Positions 26,721 through 35,352 of a DNA stretch of 64,000 nt are shown here, one piece after another (position 1 is the first letter of the stretch; each line of letters begins with the position of its first letter). Source of the DNA: Kiritimatiellia bacterium. GTDB lineage: Bacteria > Verrucomicrobiota > Kiritimatiellia > RFP12 > UBA1067. The position numbers and the translations under genes were made by a program. The notes below the pieces were generated by a model. The model did not search any database and had not been told where the DNA came from. It worked only from the letters and a program-made list of their open reading frames with translations. The stretch spans positions 32,001 through 96,000 of the forward strand of contig JBMNFY010000011.1 in assembly GCA_050949565.1 (NCBI GenBank), written 5' to 3'.

Positions 26721-28103
26721 CTACACGGTATCGGGTATCTCGTAGCCGGACCGGTAGGATGCTTTGACCATAGCGGTAGCGGCGGGATTGTCGAAGGCGT
26801 TGGCTGCCGCGTCGTACTTCAGCGCCACATTCCCCAAGCGGTGGGCGATGTTGCCCATGTGGGCGACCATGTTGCTGGCATGGGCGACCGCGATGTCGGC
26901 GTTGGGTGCCTTGCGGCTCTTCACGCAGGCGATGAAGTTGCGGTAGTGCTCCAAATCGCCCGCCTGCCCGTGCATCTTTTCCACTACCTGACTGCTGCCC
27001 TTCTCCACCACAAATCCGCCGCCATGACGACCGAGGATCATCAGTTGCTTCTGTCCGTAGATCTCAATGCGCGTGGCGTTCTGCTTCCAGTCCGAAACCA
27101 GATGCTTCTTGCGCAGCACGTCGCTGCTCTTTTCCATGTAGGCGGGATATTGGCTCATGTCAAAGGTCATCGCGAACGTCGGAAACTCCCAAGCGACATT
27201 CAGGACATCGGGCACCTCGGAATCGTCCCCTTTGCGGGTGACAAACTGGCCGCCCAGCGCGCGCACGCTCGTGGGCAGGCCGGGGTCGCCCATCATCATC
27301 AGGGCCAGGTCGATCTGGTGGATACCGTCGTCGGTCATGTCGCCGCCGCAGTAGTCCCAGTAAAAATGCCAGCCGCCGCCACGCCAGATGCGCTGGTGAT
27401 AGGGCCGCAAGGCGGCGCGTCCCAGCCAGCGGTCCCAGTCGAAGCCTGCCGGTTGCTGGCCGGGGTCGCCCAGTTTGAAGGGCGAGCCGCTCTTGAGGTT
27501 GAAGACCTTGACCAGACCGATCTCGCCAAGCTGCCCGCTCTGCACAATCTCGCGCGCCCGAAGGTTGTACTCAGTCGAACGGTTCTGTGTGCCGACCTGC
27601 ACGACCCGCCGGTATTTGGCTGCGGCCTCGACCATCTTCCCGCTCTCCCACATGCAGAATGAATGCGGTTTCTCGACGTAGACATCCTTGCCGGCCTGAC
27701 ACGCCTGGATGGTCAGCGGTGCATGCCAGTTGTCGTGGGTTGCGACGATAACCGCGTCGATATCTTTAGCTTCCAGAATCTTGCGGTAGTCTTTCTCAAA
27801 GCGCGGTTTCTCCGTTTGCACCGGCTGAATGAATGTCCACATCTGATCCATGCGCTCATCGCTCAGATCAGAGATTGCCACGCAGTGGGCGCCGGCATCT
27901 TCAATCATCACGCGCAAGATGAAGCGACCGCGGCCGCCGCAACCGATAATTGCGACATTGACCCGTTCGTTCGCCCCGGCCACACGCTCCGCGCTCAACG
28001 CCTGCCACGCGCCGAGCCCCGCCGCCGCTGCGGACGCGCGCTTGATAAAGCCGCGCCGCGTGCTTGTCGCACCCTTCGTCAACAGTTCTGAATGGTCTTT
28101 CAT
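26721..28103 (-). CDS. Tat-exported Gfo/Idh/MocA oxidoreductase
   Basis: TRRGFIK twin-Arg; IGCGGRG, AGKDVYVEKP, QVGTQNRS, DDGIHQID. Confidence 0.92.
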   Translation of the reverse strand: MKDHSELLTKGATSTRRGFIKRASAAAAGLGAWQALSAERVAGANERVNVAIIGCGGRGRFILRVMIEDAGAHCVAISDLSDERMDQMWTFIQPVQTEKPRFEKDYRKILEAKDIDAVIVATHDNWHAPLTIQACQAGKDVYVEKPHSFCMWESGKMVEAAAKYRRVVQVGTQNRSTEYNLRAREIVQSGQLGEIGLVKVFNLKSGSPFKLGDPGQQPAGFDWDRWLGRAALRPYHQRIWRGGGWHFYWDYCGGDMTDDGIHQIDLALMMMGDPGLPTSVRALGGQFVTRKGDDSEVPDVLNVAWEFPTFAMTFDMSQYPAYMEKSSDVLRKKHLVSDWKQNATRIEIYGQKQLMILGRHGGGFVVEKGSSQVVEKMHGQAGDLEHYRNFIACVKSRKAPNADIAVAHASNMVAHMGNIAHRLGNVALKYDAAANAFDNPAATAMVKASYRSGYEIPDTV

Positions 28104-28105
28104 TC

Positions 28106-30307
28106 TTATTCCTCCTTTAACGGTTGAAGTGACGTCTCGCGGATGAAGATGTTGCGGAACTGCATAAGGGAGGGTGGGCTGTTCCAGACACCGTCCTGCA
28201 TGCTGCCGTGATGCTGTAGCGCGATCGGACCGCTTTCAGGCAGATTCGGGATGGCGACGCCAGGCAGGACGGCCTTGCCGTTGAGCAGCACGCGCACGGT
28301 GTTGCCGCGCATCGCGATCTCAAAGCGGTTCCATTTACCGACCGGATTGTCCGCCTTGAGCTTCGGCGTAACGCCAGCGCGCACCTCGGGCGGCATAGCG
28401 CGGTCAAGCCGCACTCCATACATTTCACCGGAGCCGATCGGCCAGCACCAGATGTTCACTTGGTATTTGCCGGAGCCGCGCAGAAAGACGCCGGAGTCCG
28501 AATCCGGAATCGCAAGCGCGATGACCTTGCCGTCCGGCCCTTTCTCATCGCTGCCGTCTGGCAGGATGGAGCGGGCATTGGGATTCGTGTAAGGCGTTTC
28601 CTTGATCCTCCAGTCAACGACCAAATCAAAGTCCTTAAACGCTTGCTGGCTCCACAGGTTCTTATCGCCCGCCGCTTCGCTGCGGGCATCGTAGTCGATC
28701 ACGCCATCGATCACCTTCCAGTGCCCGTTGTCGCCTTCGGGAACCTTCCAGCCACGCAGGTCAACGCCGTTGAACAGCGGCACAAAACCGTCGCCCTCGC
28801 GCGCGATCTCTTCGGGCTTGGGCTGAGTGGAGGGCAACTCTTTGATGCGGATGTTACGGAATTGGCATTCCGAGCCTTCGGACTCTAGCATGAGGTAGCC
28901 CTTGCGCGGCGAGGCCCCATAAGCGATGGTGACCTCTTTGCCGTTGACGCTGAGGCTGATGTCGCCGTTGATCGCCGCCACGCGGTAGTGGTTCCATTCC
29001 GGGGAAGGACGGGTACGCTCTTCAGCGGGGAAGCTGCGCTGACCGTTCGGCGAGATACGCCCGGCCACGGTCAGCTTCGCACCGTTGACGGCGAAAACAT
29101 CACCGTGTGTACTGTACCACTCATTCTTGCCCTTTACGTTGAATCCCGGATCAAGGACCTGTATCTCGATGCCGCGCGAGAAGGGCGAGCCGGCGACCGG
29201 CAGGGCATCGGCCCAGATGAAGAGACCGGAGTTGCCGCCTGACTTCATGTGTCGCCACTCGAAGTCGATGATAAAGTTCTCATACATTTTCTCGGTGCGC
29301 AGGGTGCCGATCGGATCACCGGTAGTGATGATCAGCCCATCGCGCACAAAAAATGTCTCCGGCGCGATGCTGCACGGCACCCAACCGGTGAGGTCGCGTC
29401 CGTTGAAGAGCGGCACGAAGCCGCTCTCCTCGCCTTTGAGCGGCACGCGCCACTGGCTACCGTCGTTGCGCTTCGCGCGCGCAGCCCATTCGGGCTTAGC
29501 TTGCTCGGGCGTCGCAGCCGGACGCGGCGTGTAGTAATCGTGCTGTTTGAGCGAGAAGACCGCCTCATCCGCTGAGAGGCGCACCAGAACATAGCCGATA
29601 TCGCCCCAGTGTCCGGTGGAGGGCAGGCACAGGGTCTGCACGCCGCTGGTCTCCTGCTGCAACCAATTGTGGTTGTGGCCGTACACATACCCCTTACAGG
29701 CGGGTGTAGCCGCGAGTAGCGTGGCGATGCCGGTCTCGTGAAGCGGATGGTGAGCACCAACGAAGACTGGTTTGCTGCGTCCGCTCAATACGGTCCGCAA
29801 CCAAGCGCGCTGCGCGTCGTCCAGACCGCCATGCACCGGGCCTTCGAGGCAGGAGTCCAACAGCACGAAATCGGCATGCGGCGTTTCAACCAACGACACC
29901 AGCCGATCCGGCACGAGTGACGCGGCGGCGCACTCCGGGAAAATGGCGAAGAACGGCGCGCGCCGGTCGTGGTTACCAAATGCGGCATGCCAGCGGACGC
30001 CAGCGTCGTCGAGCGGCTTGACCAGCGTCTTGAGCATGCGGTAGTCATTGGTGGCACCGCGATCGATCGAGAGGTCGCCATAGAACAGCACGTTGGCGGG
30101 ACGCGGGTTGAGCGCCAGCACCTCACGCACACAGCGCTCCAAACCCGCGCGCTGGTGCTGGTTTTTGTTGTCCATCGTCACATGTAAATCAGCGAAGAGC
30201 GCCACCAGATTCGGATCAAGCGGGATATCCGCGGCCAGCGCGGTAAGCGCGCCTAGCATAGCCAGTGCGACGGCCAGCAACCGGGTTTTCGACAACATCG
30301 TGTTCAT
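28106..30307 (-). CDS. Secreted fusion: calcineurin-like metallophosphoesterase plus 2x DUF1080 (3-keto-glycoside hydrolase-like)
   Basis: ADLH, GDL, GNHD, HH, GHNH; twice PLFNG.DL.GW...[ND]SG..I...WN; AGGAG RBS; start trimmed from 30400. Confidence 0.88.
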   Translation of the reverse strand: MNTMLSKTRLLAVALAMLGALTALAADIPLDPNLVALFADLHVTMDNKNQHQRAGLERCVREVLALNPRPANVLFYGDLSIDRGATNDYRMLKTLVKPLDDAGVRWHAAFGNHDRRAPFFAIFPECAAASLVPDRLVSLVETPHADFVLLDSCLEGPVHGGLDDAQRAWLRTVLSGRSKPVFVGAHHPLHETGIATLLAATPACKGYVYGHNHNWLQQETSGVQTLCLPSTGHWGDIGYVLVRLSADEAVFSLKQHDYYTPRPAATPEQAKPEWAARAKRNDGSQWRVPLKGEESGFVPLFNGRDLTGWVPCSIAPETFFVRDGLIITTGDPIGTLRTEKMYENFIIDFEWRHMKSGGNSGLFIWADALPVAGSPFSRGIEIQVLDPGFNVKGKNEWYSTHGDVFAVNGAKLTVAGRISPNGQRSFPAEERTRPSPEWNHYRVAAINGDISLSVNGKEVTIAYGASPRKGYLMLESEGSECQFRNIRIKELPSTQPKPEEIAREGDGFVPLFNGVDLRGWKVPEGDNGHWKVIDGVIDYDARSEAAGDKNLWSQQAFKDFDLVVDWRIKETPYTNPNARSILPDGSDEKGPDGKVIALAIPDSDSGVFLRGSGKYQVNIWCWPIGSGEMYGVRLDRAMPPEVRAGVTPKLKADNPVGKWNRFEIAMRGNTVRVLLNGKAVLPGVAIPNLPESGPIALQHHGSMQDGVWNSPPSLMQFRNIFIRETSLQPLKEE

Positions 30308-30327
30308 CAAGGTTCTCCTTATTCGGT

Positions 30328-30430
30328 CGAGGTTCTTGCAAAACCCCTCGTGGCATGGGCGTCCCGCCCATGAAACACGGGCAAGATGCCCGTGCCACAC
30401 TTGTAGGCAAGGGGTTTTGCAAGACCCTCG
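30328..30430. repeat. MITE/REPIN-like element: REP doublet inside 21-bp terminal inverted repeats
   Basis: CGAGGTTCTTGCAAAACCCCT ... AGGGGTTTTGCAAGACCCTCG (1 mismatch), enclosing the same REP unit as 8841. Confidence 0.8.
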
Positions 30431-30439
30431 GTCATTTGG

Positions 30440-31549
30440 TCATTCGGTGCGGCGCGCGGCCAGCACCTCGTCATAAACAGCCAACGTTTTTTCCACCATC
30501 TGATCAAGTGAAAAACGCGCGAGCGCATCTTCGCGAAGCCCGGTCAGCGTGTGGCGCGAGGCTTCGACCAGCCGGTCGGCAAGTTGGGCGGCGTCGCCCG
30601 GCTCGACCAGCCAGCCGTTGACCCCTTCGCGCACGATGTCAAGCGCTCCGCCGAAACGGGTGGCAATCACCGGGCAGTCCATCGCCAGCGCCTCCGCCAT
30701 CGAGCGGCCAAAGGCTTCGGGTTTGGCTTGATTGCCCGACACCAAAACATGGGCGCAGGCGTAGATTTCGGCAACCTGGCTCTGGCTGCCGGCAAACACC
30801 ACATGCTCATCGAGCCCCAGACGGCGCACCTGCTCATGCAGAGATTGTGCATAGTCGGCGCGTGCGGGCTCGACGCCACCGACGATCACGGTCTTGATGG
30901 TCGGCAGGCGTTCACGCACCGCAGCCGTGGCGTCGATCAGCACGTCGTATCCTTTGAGCTGCGTGATACGACCGACACCCAACACCACAAAACGGCCCTC
31001 CAACTCGAAGCGACGCCGAAAGTCGGCCATGAACGCCGTGTCGGTCCGTGCCGGATCGAAACGTTGAGGATCGATGCCGCGCGGAATCAAGCGGAGTCGC
31101 TCGTCCGGCGTACCGTAGTGGGCGCGGACAAAATCAAGAACAGCGGTACTGGGGCAGATCACACGCTCGCCCATGGTCATAATACGGCTATAGGCGCTCA
31201 CGCTATTGAAGCCGTGTACGGTAGAGACCACGGGCAAGCGCAACGAACGGTTGGCCAGACGTACGAGCCAGCCCGGCACCCGGCTGCGGAAATGGATGAG
31301 ATCCGGTTGGATCGCCACCAGCGCGCGTCGCAACGCTGCGGCGCGCGCTAGGGCCGTAAGGGGATTCTTCGACTTGACCTCCAGCGTCACATGCCGACCG
31401 CCCTCACGCTCCACGGTCGATACCATCCTTCCGCCGCTCGAGATTACGGTACTGACGTGGCCGCGCCGGACGAACTCGCGATTAAGCTCGACCGTGCCGC
31501 GTTCCACGCCGCCCTCGTCAAGCGCCGGAAGGATCTGGAGAATATGCAT
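30440..31549 (-). CDS. Glycosyltransferase family 4
   Basis: ILQILPAL..GGVE, STVHG, VGRITQLKG, EAFGRSMAEALA (EX7E). Confidence 0.92.
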   Translation of the reverse strand: MHILQILPALDEGGVERGTVELNREFVRRGHVSTVISSGGRMVSTVEREGGRHVTLEVKSKNPLTALARAAALRRALVAIQPDLIHFRSRVPGWLVRLANRSLRLPVVSTVHGFNSVSAYSRIMTMGERVICPSTAVLDFVRAHYGTPDERLRLIPRGIDPQRFDPARTDTAFMADFRRRFELEGRFVVLGVGRITQLKGYDVLIDATAAVRERLPTIKTVIVGGVEPARADYAQSLHEQVRRLGLDEHVVFAGSQSQVAEIYACAHVLVSGNQAKPEAFGRSMAEALAMDCPVIATRFGGALDIVREGVNGWLVEPGDAAQLADRLVEASRHTLTGLREDALARFSLDQMVEKTLAVYDEVLAARRTE

Positions 31550-31592
31550 GCAAGAACCCGCCGTTGCGGGGTTCTCGATCCAGCCGACGGAT

Positions 31593-32462
31593 CTATTTCA
31601 GATCGTTGAACATCTGAAACGCTTCGGCCGGTTTGAGCCCCTGGTGAACGACCGCCCCGACCGCCTGGATCATTGCCGCAGGCTTTTCCGACTGGAAGAC
31701 GTTGCGCCCCATATCCACACCGGCGGCACCGCTCTGGATCGCCCTGTAGGCCAAATCCAGCGCCTCCAGCTCGGGCAGCTTCTTGCCACCCGCGATCACG
31801 ATCGGCACCGGGCAGCAAGCCACGACTTTCTCAAAGCCTTCGGTGTAGTAGGTTTTCACGATGTTTGCGCCGTTCTCCGCGCACAGCCGCGAGGCCAGCC
31901 CGAAGTAACGCGCATCGCGCGCCATGTCCTTACCGACCGCCGTCACGCCCATCACCGGAATGCCATAGGCCTGACCCTCATCGACCGCCTGATAGAGGTT
32001 CGCCACGGTCTCAGCCTCGGTGGCGGCATCGCCGACCGACACCATCACCGCGATAGCCGAGGCGTTGACCTTCACCGCGTCCTGAATGTCGATCACCACG
32101 TTGTGGTTGAGTTCGGTCAGGATCGAGGTGCCAGCATCCGCGCGCAGACAAATCGGCTTGCGGCTAGTCGGCGGCACTAACGAACGCAGCACGCCGCGCG
32201 TACACATCAAGCAATCCGCGTGCTCAATCAGCGGCACAATGCTGAGATCGATGCGCTCGACGCCCGAGGTCGGCCCCATAATGAAACCGTGATCGAAAGC
32301 CAGCATCACGGTACGCCCCGTGGCCGGGTTGAATATCCGGCTCAAGCGATCCTTCATACCCCAGTCGAGATTATTCGACCCCTTGAGAAAAAAGCCGTCG
32401 GTACACTGTTCCACGCCGATCCCATACTCCTTACCGTCGCGGATATCATCTAAATCTGCCAT
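31593..32462 (-). CDS. lsrF: LsrF-type thiolase / class I aldolase (DhnA family)
   Basis: MADLDDIRDGK...LDWGMKDRLSRIFNP..GRTVMLAFDHG, VKTYY, PIVIAGGKKLPE, GVDMGRNVFQ closely resemble E. coli LsrF. Confidence 0.9.
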   Translation of the reverse strand: MADLDDIRDGKEYGIGVEQCTDGFFLKGSNNLDWGMKDRLSRIFNPATGRTVMLAFDHGFIMGPTSGVERIDLSIVPLIEHADCLMCTRGVLRSLVPPTSRKPICLRADAGTSILTELNHNVVIDIQDAVKVNASAIAVMVSVGDAATEAETVANLYQAVDEGQAYGIPVMGVTAVGKDMARDARYFGLASRLCAENGANIVKTYYTEGFEKVVACCPVPIVIAGGKKLPELEALDLAYRAIQSGAAGVDMGRNVFQSEKPAAMIQAVGAVVHQGLKPAEAFQMFNDLK

Positions 32463-32475
32463 AGTTCTCTCCTTT

Positions 32476-33111
32476 TCAACTTACTGCCTTGAGCGACTTC
32501 GCGAAGGACGCGAAAATGCAGGCCATCGAGGCCGCGCCGGCATCGCGCGGACCGATCGAACGCTCACCGAGGTTTTTCGCGCGCCCGAATTTGGCGCGCA
32601 TCTCGCAAGTGGCTTCCGCCCCTTGCTCTGCGGCTACGGCCGCCCGCTCGAACATCACGACGATGCCTTGAGAGTGGGCGGACAGCAATGCCTCGGTCGC
32701 GGGGATCAGCGCATCCATCAGTGTCTTATCGCCGATGCGGGCGCGCGTGACATACCCCAGTTCCTTGAGCCCGCCGTTGAAGACCTTAGCCAGCGCTGCG
32801 GCATCAAGTTCCGTCGCGCCTTCCAGCGCGGTATCGCTCATGCCCTGCAACCAAGAGCCGTACAGCGTGCTGGTCGAGCCGCAAGCCTCGTTTTGCAAGG
32901 CTTCGCTCAGCGACTTAAGGTAGCTTTTGAAGTCTGCGCCATCGGCCTTCTCCATCGCCCGGAAGGCCGTTACGATGGCCGTCCCGTGATCGCCGTCGCC
33001 GCCGGCGGCGGCGTCCAACTCGGAGAAGTGTTTTTCCTCCGCGCGGATCGCCTCGCCAGCCGTAGCGATCATCTCCTTGAACGTCTGAAGCGTCAGCATC
33101 ATGTCTGTCAC
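32476..33111 (-). CDS. dhaL: Dihydroxyacetone kinase-family L subunit
   Basis: LDAAAGGDGDHG, GDKTLMDALIP, AKFGRAKNLGERSIG..DAGA; start may be 33102. Confidence 0.88.
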   Translation of the reverse strand: MTDMMLTLQTFKEMIATAGEAIRAEEKHFSELDAAAGGDGDHGTAIVTAFRAMEKADGADFKSYLKSLSEALQNEACGSTSTLYGSWLQGMSDTALEGATELDAAALAKVFNGGLKELGYVTRARIGDKTLMDALIPATEALLSAHSQGIVVMFERAAVAAEQGAEATCEMRAKFGRAKNLGERSIGPRDAGAASMACIFASFAKSLKAVS

Positions 33112-33129
33112 TCGTTATAGGTTGCGGGC

Positions 33130-34128
33130 TCAGGCATTCCAGTACGGCGTACGGGCGGGCGCACTGAGATACTCCCGGTGATCCGCATCGAGCTTGCACA
33201 GGATCATCTGGAACCCGGCCATCTCCTGCACGGTCAGATACTCGCCGCAAGCGCCGGGCGTGACATTGATGCCCTTGTCGGCAAGAATCTGCGCAGCTTT
33301 ACGGTAGACGATCAGCATCTCCATCAGCGTGGTCGCGCCGACGCCGTTGATGATCAGCAACGCCGTATCGCCAGCCTTGACACCGGACGCCTGCATCAGC
33401 GGTGCGATCATACGGGCGGCCGTCTCGTCAGCCGTGAGAATCTTGGTGCGGCCACCGCCGGCTTCGCCGTGCTGGCCCATGCCGATCTCCATCTCGTCAT
33501 CCGGCAACACCGTGATCGGCTCGCCGTTTTGTGGATGCGTGCAGCCGGTCATGGCCACCGCCAGCGTCGCCACATGACGATTGAAGCGCTCGCCGATATC
33601 CATGATCTCGTCGAGGCTCTTACCGGCTTCCGCCGCCGCGCCAATCACCTTGTAAAGCGGGACACAGCCCCCCAGGCCGCGCCTCTCATCCGGGTCAGCA
33701 TCAACACCGGGGCCGATGTCGTCGTGCGTCACGATCTCGCGGACCTTAATGCCCTCTTTCTCGGCGTCACGCAACGCCTTGGAGGCGCTCATGCGGTCGC
33801 CGTCATGGTTCAGCGTAACCAGCACGATACCCGCATCGCGCTTGAGCAGACGCAGCGCTTCGAGCAACTTGGGCGCGCCCGGCGCGGCGAAAACGTCGCC
33901 CACCACACTCGCGTCCAACATGCCCTCGCCCACATACCCGCTGAGCGCGGGCTCGTGTCCGGAGCCACCCAGCGTGACGATCGCGACCTTGCTCTCGTCC
34001 TTCGGCGTGGCGCGCATCACGATCCTGTCGCTTACGAGCTTGACTTTGCCCTTGTAGCACGAGACCAGTCCTTCCAGCAATTCCTTGGTCAGATTCGCTG
34101 GATCATTAATAAACTTCTTCATCGCCAT
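33130..34128 (-). CDS. dhaK: Dihydroxyacetone kinase-family K subunit
   Basis: MKKFINDP, GGSGHEP..GYVGEGMLDA, RRGLGG, EIGMGQHGE. Confidence 0.9.
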   Translation of the reverse strand: MAMKKFINDPANLTKELLEGLVSCYKGKVKLVSDRIVMRATPKDESKVAIVTLGGSGHEPALSGYVGEGMLDASVVGDVFAAPGAPKLLEALRLLKRDAGIVLVTLNHDGDRMSASKALRDAEKEGIKVREIVTHDDIGPGVDADPDERRGLGGCVPLYKVIGAAAEAGKSLDEIMDIGERFNRHVATLAVAMTGCTHPQNGEPITVLPDDEMEIGMGQHGEAGGGRTKILTADETAARMIAPLMQASGVKAGDTALLIINGVGATTLMEMLIVYRKAAQILADKGINVTPGACGEYLTVQEMAGFQMILCKLDADHREYLSAPARTPYWNA

Positions 34129-34140
34129 GTTTAAACTCCC

Positions 34141-34449
34141 TTACACCAATTGTATGTACTCGACCGCCACGTCGCCGTCATACACGAACGCGATTTTCAT
34201 CGTCGGGAACGTGGTGATCGGCCAGAGCACGTTCTTGCCTTGCAACGCCTTTTCGATGTCATCGACGACGTAGGCCACATGCGCCTCTCCCTGAATCGCC
34301 GCCGCCATCGGACTATCCGGCTCGAAGTAGAGGAACTCGATCTTGTACGGATGCTTGCTGGCGTCGGTGATCCACACCTTCAGCGGCTCGATAAAGGACA
34401 TGTCGTCCAGTTTCTCAAACACCGGAACACCTGTGTGATTGTACGTCAT
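34141..34449 (-). CDS. Small VOC/glyoxalase-like hypothetical protein
   Basis: YNHTGVP, KIEFL, HVAYVVDDIEKAL, VEYIQ pattern; GGGAGA RBS. Confidence 0.7.
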   Translation of the reverse strand: MTYNHTGVPVFEKLDDMSFIEPLKVWITDASKHPYKIEFLYFEPDSPMAAAIQGEAHVAYVVDDIEKALQGKNVLWPITTFPTMKIAFVYDGDVAVEYIQLV

Positions 34450-34492
34450 TTTGTTTCTCCCTCTCTTTAACGTTTTCGTCTTGTTTCAAACC

Positions 34493-35221
34493 TTACAGCG
34501 CGGCACCCGGCACCGTGAAACGCAGCCCTGCACTGTCATGGAAAGTCGCGTACTCGGTGACAATCGCCCCATCCTTGCCGGCCTGCATGAAGTGCCAGGT
34601 CTCAGGACCGGCCAGCTTATGCACCTTGCCGTCCGCCTCCCACTTCTCGACGTGCACGCACTTGAGGTGCGGAATCTGCAACTTGGACAGCATGGCCTTG
34701 GCCTCGGGGAACTGATCGAGGTTCGGCTCGCCAACCTCGCTGAACCCGTACACATAACCGTTGCGCACCTGCCAGCTCTCGATCTTGCAACGGATCGTCT
34801 TGCCGTCCGCGTCCTTCGTAGGCAGATGGCGATGCTCGGCGATGCTCTGTCCGGGCAGCAGATAGATGTCGTGTCCGAAATACCCCTCAGCCTTCTCATT
34901 GCACCAAATCACGCCACCCATACCGAGCGCCGTAAAATCGCCCTTACCGAAATCAATCGCCCAGAACGGTCCATCCGGACGCTTCAACTCGGCATAGACA
35001 GGCACATTGAACTTCTCCATCAAATCGTAATACGCCTGCTTGGCCTTGGCCACATCGAATTTCCCGTCCTTGTAAAAATCCTCGTTCCTCATTTGTGTTG
35101 TCTCCTTTTTGTATCCGCAACACGGGCTCGTGCAGCCCGCAGTTAAACCCATCAGTCCTGCACCCACTCCGACAGCCACCAGGCCGGTCAACACTGAGCG
35201 CATCGAAATCATCTGTTTCAT
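34493..35221 (-). CDS. Cupin, D-lyxose ketol-isomerase-like, with predicted lipoprotein signal
   Basis: LTAG-C lipobox; IDFGKGDF, LLPGQSIAEHRH, KIESW, PETWHFMQAG..GAIVTEYAT. Confidence 0.72.
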   Translation of the reverse strand: MKQMISMRSVLTGLVAVGVGAGLMGLTAGCTSPCCGYKKETTQMRNEDFYKDGKFDVAKAKQAYYDLMEKFNVPVYAELKRPDGPFWAIDFGKGDFTALGMGGVIWCNEKAEGYFGHDIYLLPGQSIAEHRHLPTKDADGKTIRCKIESWQVRNGYVYGFSEVGEPNLDQFPEAKAMLSKLQIPHLKCVHVEKWEADGKVHKLAGPETWHFMQAGKDGAIVTEYATFHDSAGLRFTVPGAAL

Positions 35222-35352
35222 GGTCGTTTCCTTTCCTCCTGGCCGCACCAGTTGCGATGCCGCCACCTGTTAGACATATTGAATCGTATTGGGTCCCAGT
35301 TTAGCCCAATCCGCCGCCCGTGTAAATCCGGAATCTCGAAAGCACAGCCGCG

